62,516 nucleotides of DNA from Acidobacteriota bacterium (GTDB lineage Bacteria; Acidobacteriota; Thermoanaerobaculia; Multivoradales; UBA5704), in NCBI GenBank assembly GCA_040005235.1, contig JBDTZG010000030.1, positions 1 through 62,516 on the forward strand, written 5' to 3'. Below, one piece after another: positions 36,096 through 45,991 of the stretch (the stretch's first letter is position 1; each line of letters begins with the position of its first letter). The notes beneath the pieces were generated by a model. The model was given only the letters and a program-made list of their open reading frames with translations, was not told the origin of the DNA and made no database searches. Position numbers and translations under genes: made by a program.

Positions 36096-37730
36096 TTACG
36101 CCCCCATCCCCAGCACGGCCGGGTTGAAGATGAACATCCGGTCGCGGATCTTCTGCGGCGCTTCGGTAAGGCCCCAGCCGATCGTCTTTGCAAGCTTTTC
36201 CGGCAGGAAGTCGAGATGGATGTCCTCCGCGTCGCCCCAGCGGCGGACCGGCATCATGCATTTCGCCGCGTCGAGCGAAGCGAGGATCGCCTTGGCTCCC
36301 GTCTCGGCGTCCAGCTCGCCGGATTCGTAACGGGCGCAGATGTCCTCGGCGAAGTTGACCAGGTCGGTGACCTCGTCCTCTCCGGGCGGGCTCATGCCGA
36401 TCAGGGGGTCTTTCTCCAACTGATCGAACAGCGTCTTGTCCTGCGTTTCCAAGTACTTGACACAGATGCTGAACAGTCGCAGGTCGCCGTAGATCTCGGC
36501 GATCAGCCAGACCCGCAGCCAGGCGTTGAACAGCGGGAAGCTGGGGAAGGAGCGGTAGGAGTTGTTCACCACCCGGTCGCTCTGGCGGAGCATGGCGTTC
36601 TGCAGATTCTCGGCGTACTCGAAGCGCGAGCGCGAGAATTTGTCCTCGTCGAGCGCGGCAAGCAGCGGTCCGGCGAGAGCGGAGAGCACCTCGAACGTCG
36701 TGATCATTCCGCGCGAGTAGAGCGCATCGATGAAGCCGTGAGCGTGCGCCATCAGGAAGTAGCGATCGCCGGCCCCGCCGGTCGCCGAATACTGCAAGCG
36801 GCCGGTCTTCACCCAATCGCGGACGACGGTCGCCCCTTCGAACTGCTGGGCGATGCTCGGGAAGCGGTTCACGTGGTGGAAGAACTCCTCTTCCGCCCCC
36901 ATTCCGGTGTCGGGGTAACGCTTCATGTTGAGCGTCAGGCCGACGCTGCACAGCGGGTTTTCCGAGTAGGGGACGTTGTTGAACGGAATGATCCAGAACC
37001 AACCCCCCTCGAACACGTGATGGAGGGTCCCTTCGTACCATTTTGCCGAAAGCCCGGGCGCCTCTTCCGCCGTCAGGCAGTCGTCGTAGAACTTCATATT
37101 CGTCACGTGGGTGAAGATCGAGCGCGACTCGGTTCCCAACGGGCAGGGCTTCTCGCGCAGGTTGAAGCGCTCGGCCAGCGGCGAGCGAAAACCCGCGCCG
37201 TCAACCAGGAAGCGCGCGGAGAATTCTTCGCCCTTGTTGGTGGTCAGGCGGACGCCGTCGTCGTCGATCTCGAACTCGCGAACGTCCACGTGATCTCTGT
37301 AGGTGGTGCCGTAGCCGATCGCCACGTTCAGCAGATAGAGGTCGATGTCCTGCCGGAACAGGTGGCTCTCGGTGGTGAGCGGTGTCGACGGCGCGATCAA
37401 CAGGCTAGACTGCCGGGGATCCTGGCGCTTGCCGTCCTCGTGCCAGACGAAGCCGAGCGCGCGCTTGATCCCGCAGGTCGGCCCGACGTGCTTGGAGATC
37501 GAATCCAACCGGGTCAAATGCTGAATCTCCGGCACGTCGAAGCGATGGGCCAGAATCCACATCCATAACGTGCTTTGCGGCAACAGCGCCTCGCCGACCG
37601 CGAAGCGCGGATGACTTCCCTTTTCCAGCAGCAACACCTTCTTTCCATGCCGCGCCAGAATCGCCGCCAGCATGGTCCCGCCGATACCCGCTCCCAAGAT
37701 TGCCACGTCGAATTTTTCATTCTGCTGCAT
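36096..37730 (-). CDS. Flavin-dependent halogenase, PrnC-like
   Basis: GAGIGG, HPRFAVGE, GIKR (putative catalytic Lys), WFWIIP, GFIDALYSRG. Confidence 0.85.
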   Translation of the reverse strand: MQQNEKFDVAILGAGIGGTMLAAILARHGKKVLLLEKGSHPRFAVGEALLPQSTLWMWILAHRFDVPEIQHLTRLDSISKHVGPTCGIKRALGFVWHEDGKRQDPRQSSLLIAPSTPLTTESHLFRQDIDLYLLNVAIGYGTTYRDHVDVREFEIDDDGVRLTTNKGEEFSARFLVDGAGFRSPLAERFNLREKPCPLGTESRSIFTHVTNMKFYDDCLTAEEAPGLSAKWYEGTLHHVFEGGWFWIIPFNNVPYSENPLCSVGLTLNMKRYPDTGMGAEEEFFHHVNRFPSIAQQFEGATVVRDWVKTGRLQYSATGGAGDRYFLMAHAHGFIDALYSRGMITTFEVLSALAGPLLAALDEDKFSRSRFEYAENLQNAMLRQSDRVVNNSYRSFPSFPLFNAWLRVWLIAEIYGDLRLFSICVKYLETQDKTLFDQLEKDPLIGMSPPGEDEVTDLVNFAEDICARYESGELDAETGAKAILASLDAAKCMMPVRRWGDAEDIHLDFLPEKLAKTIGWGLTEAPQKIRDRMFIFNPAVLGMGA

Positions 37731-37900
37731 GACCGGTTCTCCCTTGTGAGCCTTCAGGAGAACTGGTGCGCGAGACGGCAACAAGCGATCCACAGCTCGA
37801 CCCGCGGAGGCTTCGGTTCAAACCAGAGAGGGCTAGACGGAAGCTTGAGGGTGACTCTATCCCGCACCTCCGGCCCCTGCTCGCCAACGACCGAGCGGCC

Positions 37901-38266
37901 TTAACGCCTCCGCCGGCCAGCCCGTCGACCCAGGAACCAGCCGATCGCCAGGCCGATTCCCACGGCAGCCAGACTACGCCGGGGGTCGGTCACTGGAACG
38001 AAACGGGTCCCCTCGGGCGAAACCTCGATCGCCCCGATCGGCCAAGCCGCAATCGCACCTCCCCCACCCCCGCCGCCCCGCGCCGGAGCCAAGCCCTCGG
38101 CCGCCCCGGCGAGCCCGCCCGAGCCGCCACCGAAGAAGCTTGCCACCCGGGCGACCGGGATCACAGTGCGCTCGCCTTGCGTCACCGGTTCCCCAAAGGC
38201 GGCATGCGCCCCACCGGTAGAAGTCAGCTGTTCGCCGAGACTTTGAATCAGGGCTTCGGGTCGCAT
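37901..38266 (-). CDS. GerW/YtfJ family protein
   Basis: [26 protein letters not shown]. Confidence 0.8.
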   Translation of the reverse strand: MRPEALIQSLGEQLTSTGGAHAAFGEPVTQGERTVIPVARVASFFGGGSGGLAGAAEGLAPARGGGGGGGAIAAWPIGAIEVSPEGTRFVPVTDPRRSLAAVGIGLAIGWFLGRRAGRRRR

Positions 38267-38473
38267 GGATGTCTCCTCTCAACGGCGCGGGCGCCTCCAA
38301 GGCTCGGGCGCCGGATCGACCCAACTCTACTGAATGTCAGCGCAGTGTAGAGATGCATAGTGCCTGTACCCACAACCACCGACCGGCAGGCATGGCAAAC
38401 CCGGAGAGCTACATGGCGAGGGTCAACCCGCTTTAGCCTTGTACCCTGCGCAGGATCCACATAAACTCCCCAC

Positions 38474-38710
38474 ATGAAAGCCGTACAGGTGATGTTCGAT
38501 GAAGATCTCCTCGCCGAGTTGGACGAGACCTCGGTCGTACGCGAAAAAGGGCGATCCGCAGTGCTGCGGGAGCTGACCAGCGATTTCCTTCGCCAGCGTC
38601 GCGAGCAGGAGATCGACGCACAATACGAGCGGGCCTACGCCAATGTCGATCGGCCGCTCGGCAAGGAATTCGAAGGGTGGGAAACCGAGGGCGTATGGCC
38701 CCCCGAGTGA
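38474..38710 (+). CDS. RHH antitoxin (MazE/EndoAI-like)
   Basis: MKAVQVMFDEDLLAELD..GRSAVLRE; GTGA overlap with the toxin gene. Confidence 0.85.
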   Translation: MKAVQVMFDEDLLAELDETSVVREKGRSAVLRELTSDFLRQRREQEIDAQYERAYANVDRPLGKEFEGWETEGVWPPE

Positions 38711-39033
38711 ATCGGGGCGAGATCTGGCTCTACACCTTCGGCCCGCCCGACAAGCGCCGCCCGGTCTTGGTGCTCTCGAGGCAGAAGGCCATTTCCCTGC
38801 TCCGCACCGTTTTGGTCGCGCCGATCACTTCCTCCCAGCACAGTGCCCCCAGCGAAGTCCGGATTGGGATCGACGAGGGGCTCAAGCACGACTCGGTGAT
38901 CAATCTGGATCAGATTCAGACCGTGGATCAGCAAAGGCTTGGTCATTTCGTCGGCACGGTCGGCCCCGGGAAGATGCACGCGGTCTGTCGAGCTCTGCGA
39001 ATCGCCACCGGGTGTGACGACCGCGCTGCCTGA
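38707..39033 (+). CDS. mazF: PemK/MazF toxin
   Basis: VNRGEIW..KRRPVLVLS..VAPITS..DQIQTV. Confidence 0.9.
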   Translation: MNRGEIWLYTFGPPDKRRPVLVLSRQKAISLLRTVLVAPITSSQHSAPSEVRIGIDEGLKHDSVINLDQIQTVDQQRLGHFVGTVGPGKMHAVCRALRIATGCDDRAA

Positions 39034-39061
39034 TCTTCGGTTCGCGGCAGGCAAGGTTACC

Positions 39062-40537
39062 TCACTCCTCCGGCAGCGGCGGTGGCCCGTCCGGGATATA
39101 TCCCTTGTAGACCACGCCCTTCGTGTTCTCCTCGAACTCCTTCCGGATCTCGGCACGCTTTTCCGGGTGCTCGAATAGATCGACCATGGTGGCGGCGAGG
39201 GTTTTGGCGGCGAAGGTCATTCCTTTGTGGCCGATCGACATTCCGCCGCAGGCTGCGACAGGCCAGGCGTGCCAGGGGGCGTTGATCGGTGCCGTCGTGA
39301 CCGAGACGTGGAGGATCGGCACGTTCCAGCTCACGTCGGCGACGTCGGTCGAGCCTCCTTCGGGGTCGCCGGGGTGCTCGTCGAGCGGCTTGATCGAGCC
39401 GTCCAGGCCTTTCGTCTCGGTGTTGGTTTCGGCTTGGATCTTCTTGGCGAAATCCTGCTCTTGCTCGGTGTATTGGATAGGCCCCAGCCACTCCATGTTG
39501 GAATGGAGAAGCCGCTCGCCGGCTTGATTGACCAGCATCTCGTAATCGCCGGACTGGACGCGAAGAGTACTCTCGACGTCCGCCGCGAGAGCGGCGCCCT
39601 GCGCCATCTTTCGCACCCGTACCATCAGCTCGGCCACCGAGGAGTGCTTGGTGTCGCGGACCCAGGCCCAAACCTTGGCGTGGTCGGGCACCACGTTCGG
39701 CACGTCGCCGCCATCGGTGATGACGTAGTGCATCCGGACGCTCGGCCGGACGTGCTCGCGCATCATGTTGAGGGCGTGGGTGAAGATCTCCAGACCGTCC
39801 AAGGCGCTGCGGCCGTTCCAGGGATCGAAGGCCGCGTGCGCCGCCTTGCCGTGAAATTCGACCACGAAGTCCACCAGCGCCTGCGTGCTCTTCGTGTCTG
39901 CCCGGGTCTCATCCGCCGGGTGCCAGGCGAGCGCCACGTCCACGTCCTTGAACAGGCCCTCCCTCACCATGTAGAGCTTGCCGCCGACGGCTTCTTCGGC
40001 GGGGGTGCCGTAGAAGCGGATCGTGCCGTGAAGTTTGCCGGCCGCGATCTGCTCCTTGATCGCGACGGCCGCTCCCAAGCTCGCCGCGCCGAACAGGTTG
40101 TGGCCGCAGCCATGGCCCGGAGCGCCCACGTTGAGCGGCTCTTTGGTGGGCTGCGCCTTCTGCGAGATCCCTGGCAGCGCGTCGTACTCGCCGAGGATGG
40201 CGATCACCGGCTTGCCCTGGCCATAGCTCGCGACGAAAGCCGTCGGCATTCCCGCGACGCCGCGCTCGACCTTGAAGCCCTGCGCCTCGGCGTAGTCGGC
40301 GAGAACTTTGGAGGACCGCTTCTCCTTGAGCGCCGTCTCGGCGAATGCCCAGACCTGGTTCGCCAGGTCGACCATTTCCGGACGATGGGAGTCCACTGCG
40401 GCGACCGCAGCCACTTTGCCAGGGCTCGGGCCGGGGCTCGTCGCCGCTTTGGGGGGCGCCGTCGGCTTGGCCGCGATCAGACCGGGAAGGCTCAAGAGCA
40501 GCACGGACAGCACGAACGCGGAGCGACGACGGATCAT
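39062..40537 (-). CDS. Secreted M20 amidohydrolase (AbgB-like)
   Basis: GEYDALPG, GHGCGHNL, GTPAEE, WHP, GSTDV. Confidence 0.9.
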   Translation of the reverse strand: MIRRRSAFVLSVLLLSLPGLIAAKPTAPPKAATSPGPSPGKVAAVAAVDSHRPEMVDLANQVWAFAETALKEKRSSKVLADYAEAQGFKVERGVAGMPTAFVASYGQGKPVIAILGEYDALPGISQKAQPTKEPLNVGAPGHGCGHNLFGAASLGAAVAIKEQIAAGKLHGTIRFYGTPAEEAVGGKLYMVREGLFKDVDVALAWHPADETRADTKSTQALVDFVVEFHGKAAHAAFDPWNGRSALDGLEIFTHALNMMREHVRPSVRMHYVITDGGDVPNVVPDHAKVWAWVRDTKHSSVAELMVRVRKMAQGAALAADVESTLRVQSGDYEMLVNQAGERLLHSNMEWLGPIQYTEQEQDFAKKIQAETNTETKGLDGSIKPLDEHPGDPEGGSTDVADVSWNVPILHVSVTTAPINAPWHAWPVAACGGMSIGHKGMTFAAKTLAATMVDLFEHPEKRAEIRKEFEENTKGVVYKGYIPDGPPPLPEE

Positions 40538-40695
40538 CGGATCTCTCCCCCTGGGTAATGTGCCGAGACCTGCGAATGGAAGCTCGGGTGGACGATATCA
40601 GTTGAAGTTGCGCTCAGACGGGGGCGAGCCCTACACCCGAAACCTACTGGATGGTCCGATCGCCGATCGCAAATCTCTTGAGGTAGAGTCGAATC

Positions 40696-40911
40696 ATGAG
40701 AATGACCACCGGCAGAGTTGTTCAAGGGAGAATCGAAGTTCCCGACGAGGCTTGGGCCGAGGGGACTGAGGTGACAATTCTGATCCCTGAAGAGGCCGAG
40801 ACGTTCACTCTGAACCACGAGGCCGAGGCGGCGCTGTTGGCCGCCATCGAAGATGTCGATCGGGGAGAGTTCTTCACCGAGGCTGAAATGCTTCACGCGC
40901 TTCGCAAGTGA
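40696..40911 (+). CDS. Putative antitoxin
   Basis: 71 aa, GRVVQGRIEVP..EGTEVTI..AIEDVDRGEF; directly upstream of the ParE-like gene. Confidence 0.75.
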   Translation: MRMTTGRVVQGRIEVPDEAWAEGTEVTILIPEEAETFTLNHEAEAALLAAIEDVDRGEFFTEAEMLHALRK

Positions 40912-40912
40912 C

Positions 40913-41218
40913 GTGCGGCTTTCGCTTCGCTTTTCTCCTCGGGCCAACCGCGAAATCCGCGCGGCTTCGCGATGGTGGGATGAGAATCGACCGGCTGCGC
41001 CAGAAGCTTTTCGAGAAGCGATCACCAAGGCGTTCGACGTCATCGCGAGCCGGCCCGAGAGCGGTGCGCTGGCCACGAACGTGCAGCTTCCTCGAGTTCG
41101 TCGTCTCCACATCCACCGCGTCCACTACTATCTCTATTATCGAATTAAGGCGAACCGTACCTTCGTCGAAATACTCTCGCTCTGGCATACCAGCCGCGAT
41201 ACCGACCTGAAACTCTAG
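40913..41218 (+). CDS. RelE/ParE family toxin
   Basis: FSPRANREI..RPESG..VRR..YYLYY..EILSLWHTSR. Confidence 0.85.
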   Translation: MRLSLRFSPRANREIRAASRWWDENRPAAPEAFREAITKAFDVIASRPESGALATNVQLPRVRRLHIHRVHYYLYYRIKANRTFVEILSLWHTSRDTDLKL

Positions 41219-41220
41219 CC

Positions 41221-41381
41221 ATGGCAAAAACACAAACTCGTCCGTGGGATGTCGTAGAGCACCTGGAAAGCGAAGAGGACATGGCCGCATACCTCGGGGC
41301 CGCCCTCGAAGAAGGCGATCCTGCACTCATCGCCGCTGCACGCGAGAACCTCTAGAAGGCATCTCCCTAGAAGGCAACCCT
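41221..41381 (+). pseudogene. Degraded HI1420-family addiction-module antidote
   Basis: MAKTQTRPWDVVEHLESEEDMAAYLGAALEEGDPALIAAA, then RENL*KA, then frameshifted SLEGNP. Confidence 0.7.
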
Positions 41382-41400
41382 GTGCTGAGGAGCGCACCCC

Positions 41401-42645
41401 ATGGACTTCGCCCCAACCCCTCGCGCACTCGACTATGCCGACCGCATCCGCGCCTTTATCGCGGAGCGGATTCTGCCCGTCGAGGAGGCGTTGTTCGATC
41501 CGGCGAATCCGCGGCCCTATGGGCAGCAGGGGGCCGATTGGACTCGGTGGACCGAGGCGCCCGAGGTCGGTACGCTGGCGCGGGAGGCGCGGACCGCGGG
41601 CTTGTGGAACCTGTTTCTGCCGGAACCGGAATACGGAGCCGGGCTCTCGACCGTCGAGTACGCGACGCTGGCCGAAGAGATGGGCAAGAGCGTGCTCGCT
41701 CCCGAGATCTTTAACTGCAACGCGCCCGATACCGGCAACATGGAAGTGCTGGCGAAATACGGCTCGCCGGAGCAAAAGGAGCGATGGCTCAAACCCCTGC
41801 TCGCGGGCGAGATTCGCTCCGTGTTCTGCATGACCGAGCCGGAGGTCGCGTCTTCGGACGCGACGAACCTTGCGGCTACGATCGAAGAGCGGGGGGATTC
41901 GCTGATCTTGAACGGCCGCAAGTGGTGGTCGACCGGACTCGGCCATCCCCGCTGCCGGCTGGCGCTGTTCCTCGGTCGCTCGAACCCGCAGGCGCCTCGG
42001 CATCACCAGCACAGCCTGGTGCTCGTGCCGCTCGATACTCCAGGTGTATCGATCCGCCGGATGTTGCCGGTGTACGGCGAGTACGCCCCGCCGTACGGTC
42101 ATGGCGAGGTCGATTTCGTCGCGGTCGAAGTACCGCGGGAAAACCTGGTTCTGGGGCTCGGACGCGGTTTCGAGATCGCGCAGGGCCGCCTCGGCCCGGG
42201 GCGCATTCACCATTGCATGCGCTGTTTGGGTGCCGCGGAGCGGGCTTTGGAGCTGCTGATCCGGCGCGGACTTTCCCGCGTCGCGTTCGGCAAGCCGCTG
42301 ATCGACCTCGGCGGCAATCGCGACCGGGTGGCCGATTTTCGTATCGCGATCGATCAGGCGCGGCTGCTCACGCTGCACGCTGCCTGGCGGATCGATCAGG
42401 TCGGTGCCCTCGCCGCGCTGACGGAGATCTCCGCGATCAAGGTCGTCGCGCCGAACGTGCTGCAACAGGTGGTCGATTCCGCGATCCAAATCTACGGCGG
42501 GGCGGGTCTGTCGCACGACACGCCGCTGGCTTCTCTGTTCGCCATCGCCCGCGTGCTTCGCCTCGCCGACGGGCCGGATGAGGTCCATCGGGCGTTGATC
42601 GCCAAGGCGGAGATCGCAAAGTACAAAGAGCACGGAGCGCGATGA
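41401..42645 (+). CDS. Acyl-CoA dehydrogenase (ACAD10/11-like)
   Basis: NCNAPDTGNMEVL, MTEPEVASSDATN, RLGPGRIHHCMR, DGPDEVH. Confidence 0.93.
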   Translation: MDFAPTPRALDYADRIRAFIAERILPVEEALFDPANPRPYGQQGADWTRWTEAPEVGTLAREARTAGLWNLFLPEPEYGAGLSTVEYATLAEEMGKSVLAPEIFNCNAPDTGNMEVLAKYGSPEQKERWLKPLLAGEIRSVFCMTEPEVASSDATNLAATIEERGDSLILNGRKWWSTGLGHPRCRLALFLGRSNPQAPRHHQHSLVLVPLDTPGVSIRRMLPVYGEYAPPYGHGEVDFVAVEVPRENLVLGLGRGFEIAQGRLGPGRIHHCMRCLGAAERALELLIRRGLSRVAFGKPLIDLGGNRDRVADFRIAIDQARLLTLHAAWRIDQVGALAALTEISAIKVVAPNVLQQVVDSAIQIYGGAGLSHDTPLASLFAIARVLRLADGPDEVHRALIAKAEIAKYKEHGAR

Positions 42646-43697
42646 GCGATCCCGCGGCGGACGCGGCGCGATCGGTGCGCTCCGGCGAGGAGCTCGACCT
42701 TCCCGCAGTAGACGCCTGGCTCAAACCGCGCGTTCCCGGCCTGTCCGGTTCTCCCGAGGTCAGCCAATACACGGGCGGCGCCTCCAACTGGACCTATCGG
42801 CTCCGGTACCCTGAGCACGACCTGATCCTCCGCCGGCCGCCCGCGGGAACGAAGGCAAAATCGGCGCACGACATGGGGCGGGAGTTTCGGGTGCAGAGCG
42901 CCCTTTCTCCGTTCTATCCGGTGCCCGAGATGATCGCGCTTTGCGAAGACCCTGCGGTGATCGGCGTGCCGTTCTACGTCATGCGCCGGATCGCCGGACG
43001 CATCCTGCGCGCCCGGCTACCGCAGGGGTTCTCGCTCGATGCGGCCACGGCCCGCGCGCTCTCCGAGAACGCGATCGATCAACTGGCGGTCCTCCATCAG
43101 GTGGACGTGCGCGCGGCGGGCCTCGAATCGCTGGGCAAGGGTGCCGGCTACTGCCGCCGGCAGATCGAAGGGTGGAGCGAGCGCTACCGAAAGGCGCGGA
43201 CTTGGAACGTGCCGCGGTTCGAGAAGGTGATCGCGTGGCTCGTCGCGAACACCCCCGACGACACTGCGACGTGCGTGATCCACAACGATTTTCGGCTCGA
43301 CAACCTGGTACTCGACGAGGACGACCCCTCGCGGATCGTCGGCGTGCTCGATTGGGAGATGGCGACGCTCGGCGATCCGCTGATGGACCTCGGCAACTCG
43401 CTCGCCTATTGGGTGGAAGCGGGTGACGGTCCGCTGTCGCGCGCGGTCCGCCGCCAGCCGACCCATCTTCCCGGCATGCTCACGAGGCGCGAGGTAGGGA
43501 CCCGCTACGCCGGGCGGACCGGGTTTGCCCCTCCGAGCTGGTCGTTCTACGAGGTCTACGGCGTCTTTCGGCTCGCCGGGATCGCCCAGCAGATCTACTA
43601 TCGTTACCATCACGGGGAGACCCGGAATCCGGCGTTCCGGCATTTCTGGCTCTACGTTCATCTTCTCCATCGGCGTTGCCGGAAGCTGATGCGCTGA
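42642..43697 (+). CDS. APH-family phosphotransferase (ACAD10/11 N-terminal-like)
   Basis: GGASNWTY, AHDMGRE, HNDFRLDN, LDWEMATLGDPL. Confidence 0.92.
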   Translation: MSDPAADAARSVRSGEELDLPAVDAWLKPRVPGLSGSPEVSQYTGGASNWTYRLRYPEHDLILRRPPAGTKAKSAHDMGREFRVQSALSPFYPVPEMIALCEDPAVIGVPFYVMRRIAGRILRARLPQGFSLDAATARALSENAIDQLAVLHQVDVRAAGLESLGKGAGYCRRQIEGWSERYRKARTWNVPRFEKVIAWLVANTPDDTATCVIHNDFRLDNLVLDEDDPSRIVGVLDWEMATLGDPLMDLGNSLAYWVEAGDGPLSRAVRRQPTHLPGMLTRREVGTRYAGRTGFAPPSWSFYEVYGVFRLAGIAQQIYYRYHHGETRNPAFRHFWLYVHLLHRRCRKLMR

Positions 43698-43719
43698 ATC
43701 TTCCAACGAGGACCCGCTC

Positions 43720-44298
43720 ATGGCGTTTTCGATCACCACCGACCGACTGTTGATCCGCCCCTGGGAGCTCCGCGACCGGCCCGCGTTCGCGGCGATGGCG
43801 ACCGACCCCGAGATGATGCGCTTCATGACCGGCGGCCGGCCGTGGAACGCTGAGGAGATCGACGGCTATTTCACCCGCCAGGCCGGAACGCTCGAAGCGA
43901 ACGGCTTCTGCCTCGGCGCGCTGGAGGAGCGCGCGACCGGGCGGACGATCGGCCTTGCCGGCCTGCAGCTGCTCGGCTCGACGGGTGAGCTGGAAACCGG
44001 CTACTGGATCGCCCGCGACCTTTGGGGCAAAGGGTACGCGAGCGAAGCCGCAAGCGGCGCGCTCCGCCACGCGTTCGAGGGGATCGGCGGTGCGCGTGTG
44101 ATGGCGATCACCGACCACGAGAACTGGGCCTCGCGCCGAGTGATGGAAAAGATCGGCATGACCTACCTGCGCGACACCAACGGCGTCGAGCTGGGCCACC
44201 GGACGCCGGAGATCGAGGTCGTCCTCTATTCGATTGAGCGCGACGTCTGGGCGGCTAGCCAATCTGGGACGATCCGCGCTTCTCCGATCTCGGCGTGA
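43720..44298 (+). CDS. GNAT acetyltransferase (RimJ/RimL type)
   Basis: TDRLLIRP, WGKGYASEAA, NWASRRVMEKIGM. Confidence 0.9.
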   Translation: MAFSITTDRLLIRPWELRDRPAFAAMATDPEMMRFMTGGRPWNAEEIDGYFTRQAGTLEANGFCLGALEERATGRTIGLAGLQLLGSTGELETGYWIARDLWGKGYASEAASGALRHAFEGIGGARVMAITDHENWASRRVMEKIGMTYLRDTNGVELGHRTPEIEVVLYSIERDVWAASQSGTIRASPISA

Positions 44299-44396
44299 CG
44301 CTCACGCCCGACGCCGTTCTATTAGGAATAGACTTCGGGAGGAGGTTCGGGATGCTCCGAACCGGAACCCCGTGGACGTAACCCAAGGAGATTTTC

Positions 44397-44873
44397 GTGA
44401 AAACCCAGAAGCAACTTCCGACGTTTGCCCGTTCGCTCGCCCTGGTGGGAGCGATGCTCGCCCTTGCCGCGGCGCCCGCGCTGGCCGCGCCGCGCGTCAT
44501 CAAGCTCACCGGCACCGATGCGATGAAGTACAACGTCGCCCAGATCAACGCCAAGCCCGGCGAAGAACTGACCATCCAGCTCTCCGGCGTGAGCACCCAG
44601 GACAAGGTCGTCATGGCCCACAACTTCGTGCTGGTCGCCCAAGGAACCGATGTCAACGCCTTCGTCGTCGCCGCCTCGGTCGCGCGCCCGACGCACATCC
44701 CGAAGCAGGAGAAGTGGAAAAAGGCGATCCTCGCCTCGACCGGCCTCGCCGGAGGCGGCGAAACGGTCACCGTGACCTTCAAAGCCCCGACCACGCCCGG
44801 CGCCTACACCTACGTTTGCACCTTCCCGGGCCACTACAACGGCGGCATGAAGGGTGTTTTGACCGTCAAGTAG
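44397..44873 (+). CDS. Azurin/auracyanin-like blue copper protein
   Basis: Signal peptide; MAHNFV; CTFPGHYNGGM copper ligands. Confidence 0.88.
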   Translation: MKTQKQLPTFARSLALVGAMLALAAAPALAAPRVIKLTGTDAMKYNVAQINAKPGEELTIQLSGVSTQDKVVMAHNFVLVAQGTDVNAFVVAASVARPTHIPKQEKWKKAILASTGLAGGGETVTVTFKAPTTPGAYTYVCTFPGHYNGGMKGVLTVK

Positions 44874-44900
44874 GGCGGGTGAATCCAAGAAGTCGAATTG

Positions 44901-44924
44901 CGGGCTCCCGGCGGGAGCCCGTTT
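44901..44924 (+). terminator. Rho-independent terminator-like hairpin
   Basis: CGGGCTCCC-GGC-GGGAGCCCG-TTT. Confidence 0.55.
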
Positions 44925-44979
44925 CCGTTGCGATGTAGAGCTGGGGTCCGGGCCTGGATTCCTCGGCAGCTCCCGCGGC

Positions 44980-45909
44980 CTAAATCTCCACCCCGCCCAT
45001 CAGCCAGAGCATGACCGCCTTCTGGGTGTGGAGGCGGTTTTCGGCCTGGTCGAAGATGCGGCTTTGGGGGCCGTCGCAGACCTCGGCCGAGACCTCTTCG
45101 CCGCGGTGGGCGGGGAGGCAGTGGAGGAAGACCGCTTCTTTCTTGGCGAGCGCCATCATCGAGGCGTCGACCTCGTAGCCTGCGAAAGCCTTCAGGCGGA
45201 TCTGCGCTTCGGCCTCCTGGCCCATTGAGGCCCAGACGTCGGTGGTGACGCAGTCGGCGTCTTTCACAGCCTGCCGAGGATCTTCGGTCAGCTCGATCGT
45301 GGTGCCCGCGGCGGCGGCGTCCTCGCGCGCCTGGGCGAGGTACTTTTCCTGCACCCTGTACCGTTGAGGCGAGGCGATCGCGATGTTCATGCCGCACTTG
45401 GCAGCGCCGAACATCAACGAGTGGGCCATGTTGTTGCCGTCGCCCACGTAGGCGATCTTCCGGCCCTTCAAGTCGCCGAAGATCTCCGAGAGGGTGAAGA
45501 AGTCGGTGAGCCCCTGGCAGGGGTGGAGGTCGTCGGTCAAGCCGTTGATCACCGGCACCGAGCCGTATTTCGCGAGGTCCGTCACCGTCTGGTGCGCGAA
45601 CGTGCGGGCCATGATTCCCGAGACGAAACGCGAGAGCACCTGGGCGGTGTCCGAGATCGGCTCGCCGCGGCCGAGCTGGATGTCGCGGCTGGAGAGAAAT
45701 AGCGCGTGGCCGCCCATCTGGAACGTTCCGACCTCGAACGAGACGCGGGTGCGGGTGGAGGATTTCTCGAAAATCATGCCCAGCGTTTTGCCGGCGAGCG
45801 CGGTCGCGTACTTGGCCGGGTTTTTCTTCACGTCAGCCGCGAGCTGGAATAGGCCGGCAACCTGGGAAGTCGAGAGATCGTGGATCGAGATCAGGTGGCG
45901 CAGGGACAT
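44980..45909 (-). CDS. argF: Ornithine carbamoyltransferase (in arc operon)
   Basis: KSSTRTR, HPCQ, SMG, HCLP. Confidence 0.93.
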   Translation of the reverse strand: MSLRHLISIHDLSTSQVAGLFQLAADVKKNPAKYATALAGKTLGMIFEKSSTRTRVSFEVGTFQMGGHALFLSSRDIQLGRGEPISDTAQVLSRFVSGIMARTFAHQTVTDLAKYGSVPVINGLTDDLHPCQGLTDFFTLSEIFGDLKGRKIAYVGDGNNMAHSLMFGAAKCGMNIAIASPQRYRVQEKYLAQAREDAAAAGTTIELTEDPRQAVKDADCVTTDVWASMGQEAEAQIRLKAFAGYEVDASMMALAKKEAVFLHCLPAHRGEEVSAEVCDGPQSRIFDQAENRLHTQKAVMLWLMGGVEI

Positions 45910-45991
45910 ATGAGCTTGCTCCTAAGAGTGCAGGCGCGTCTCGTAAAAGGCGCGCCGAAAGGTTTTCGGTTCGGGTGTTGACCGCGAAACG

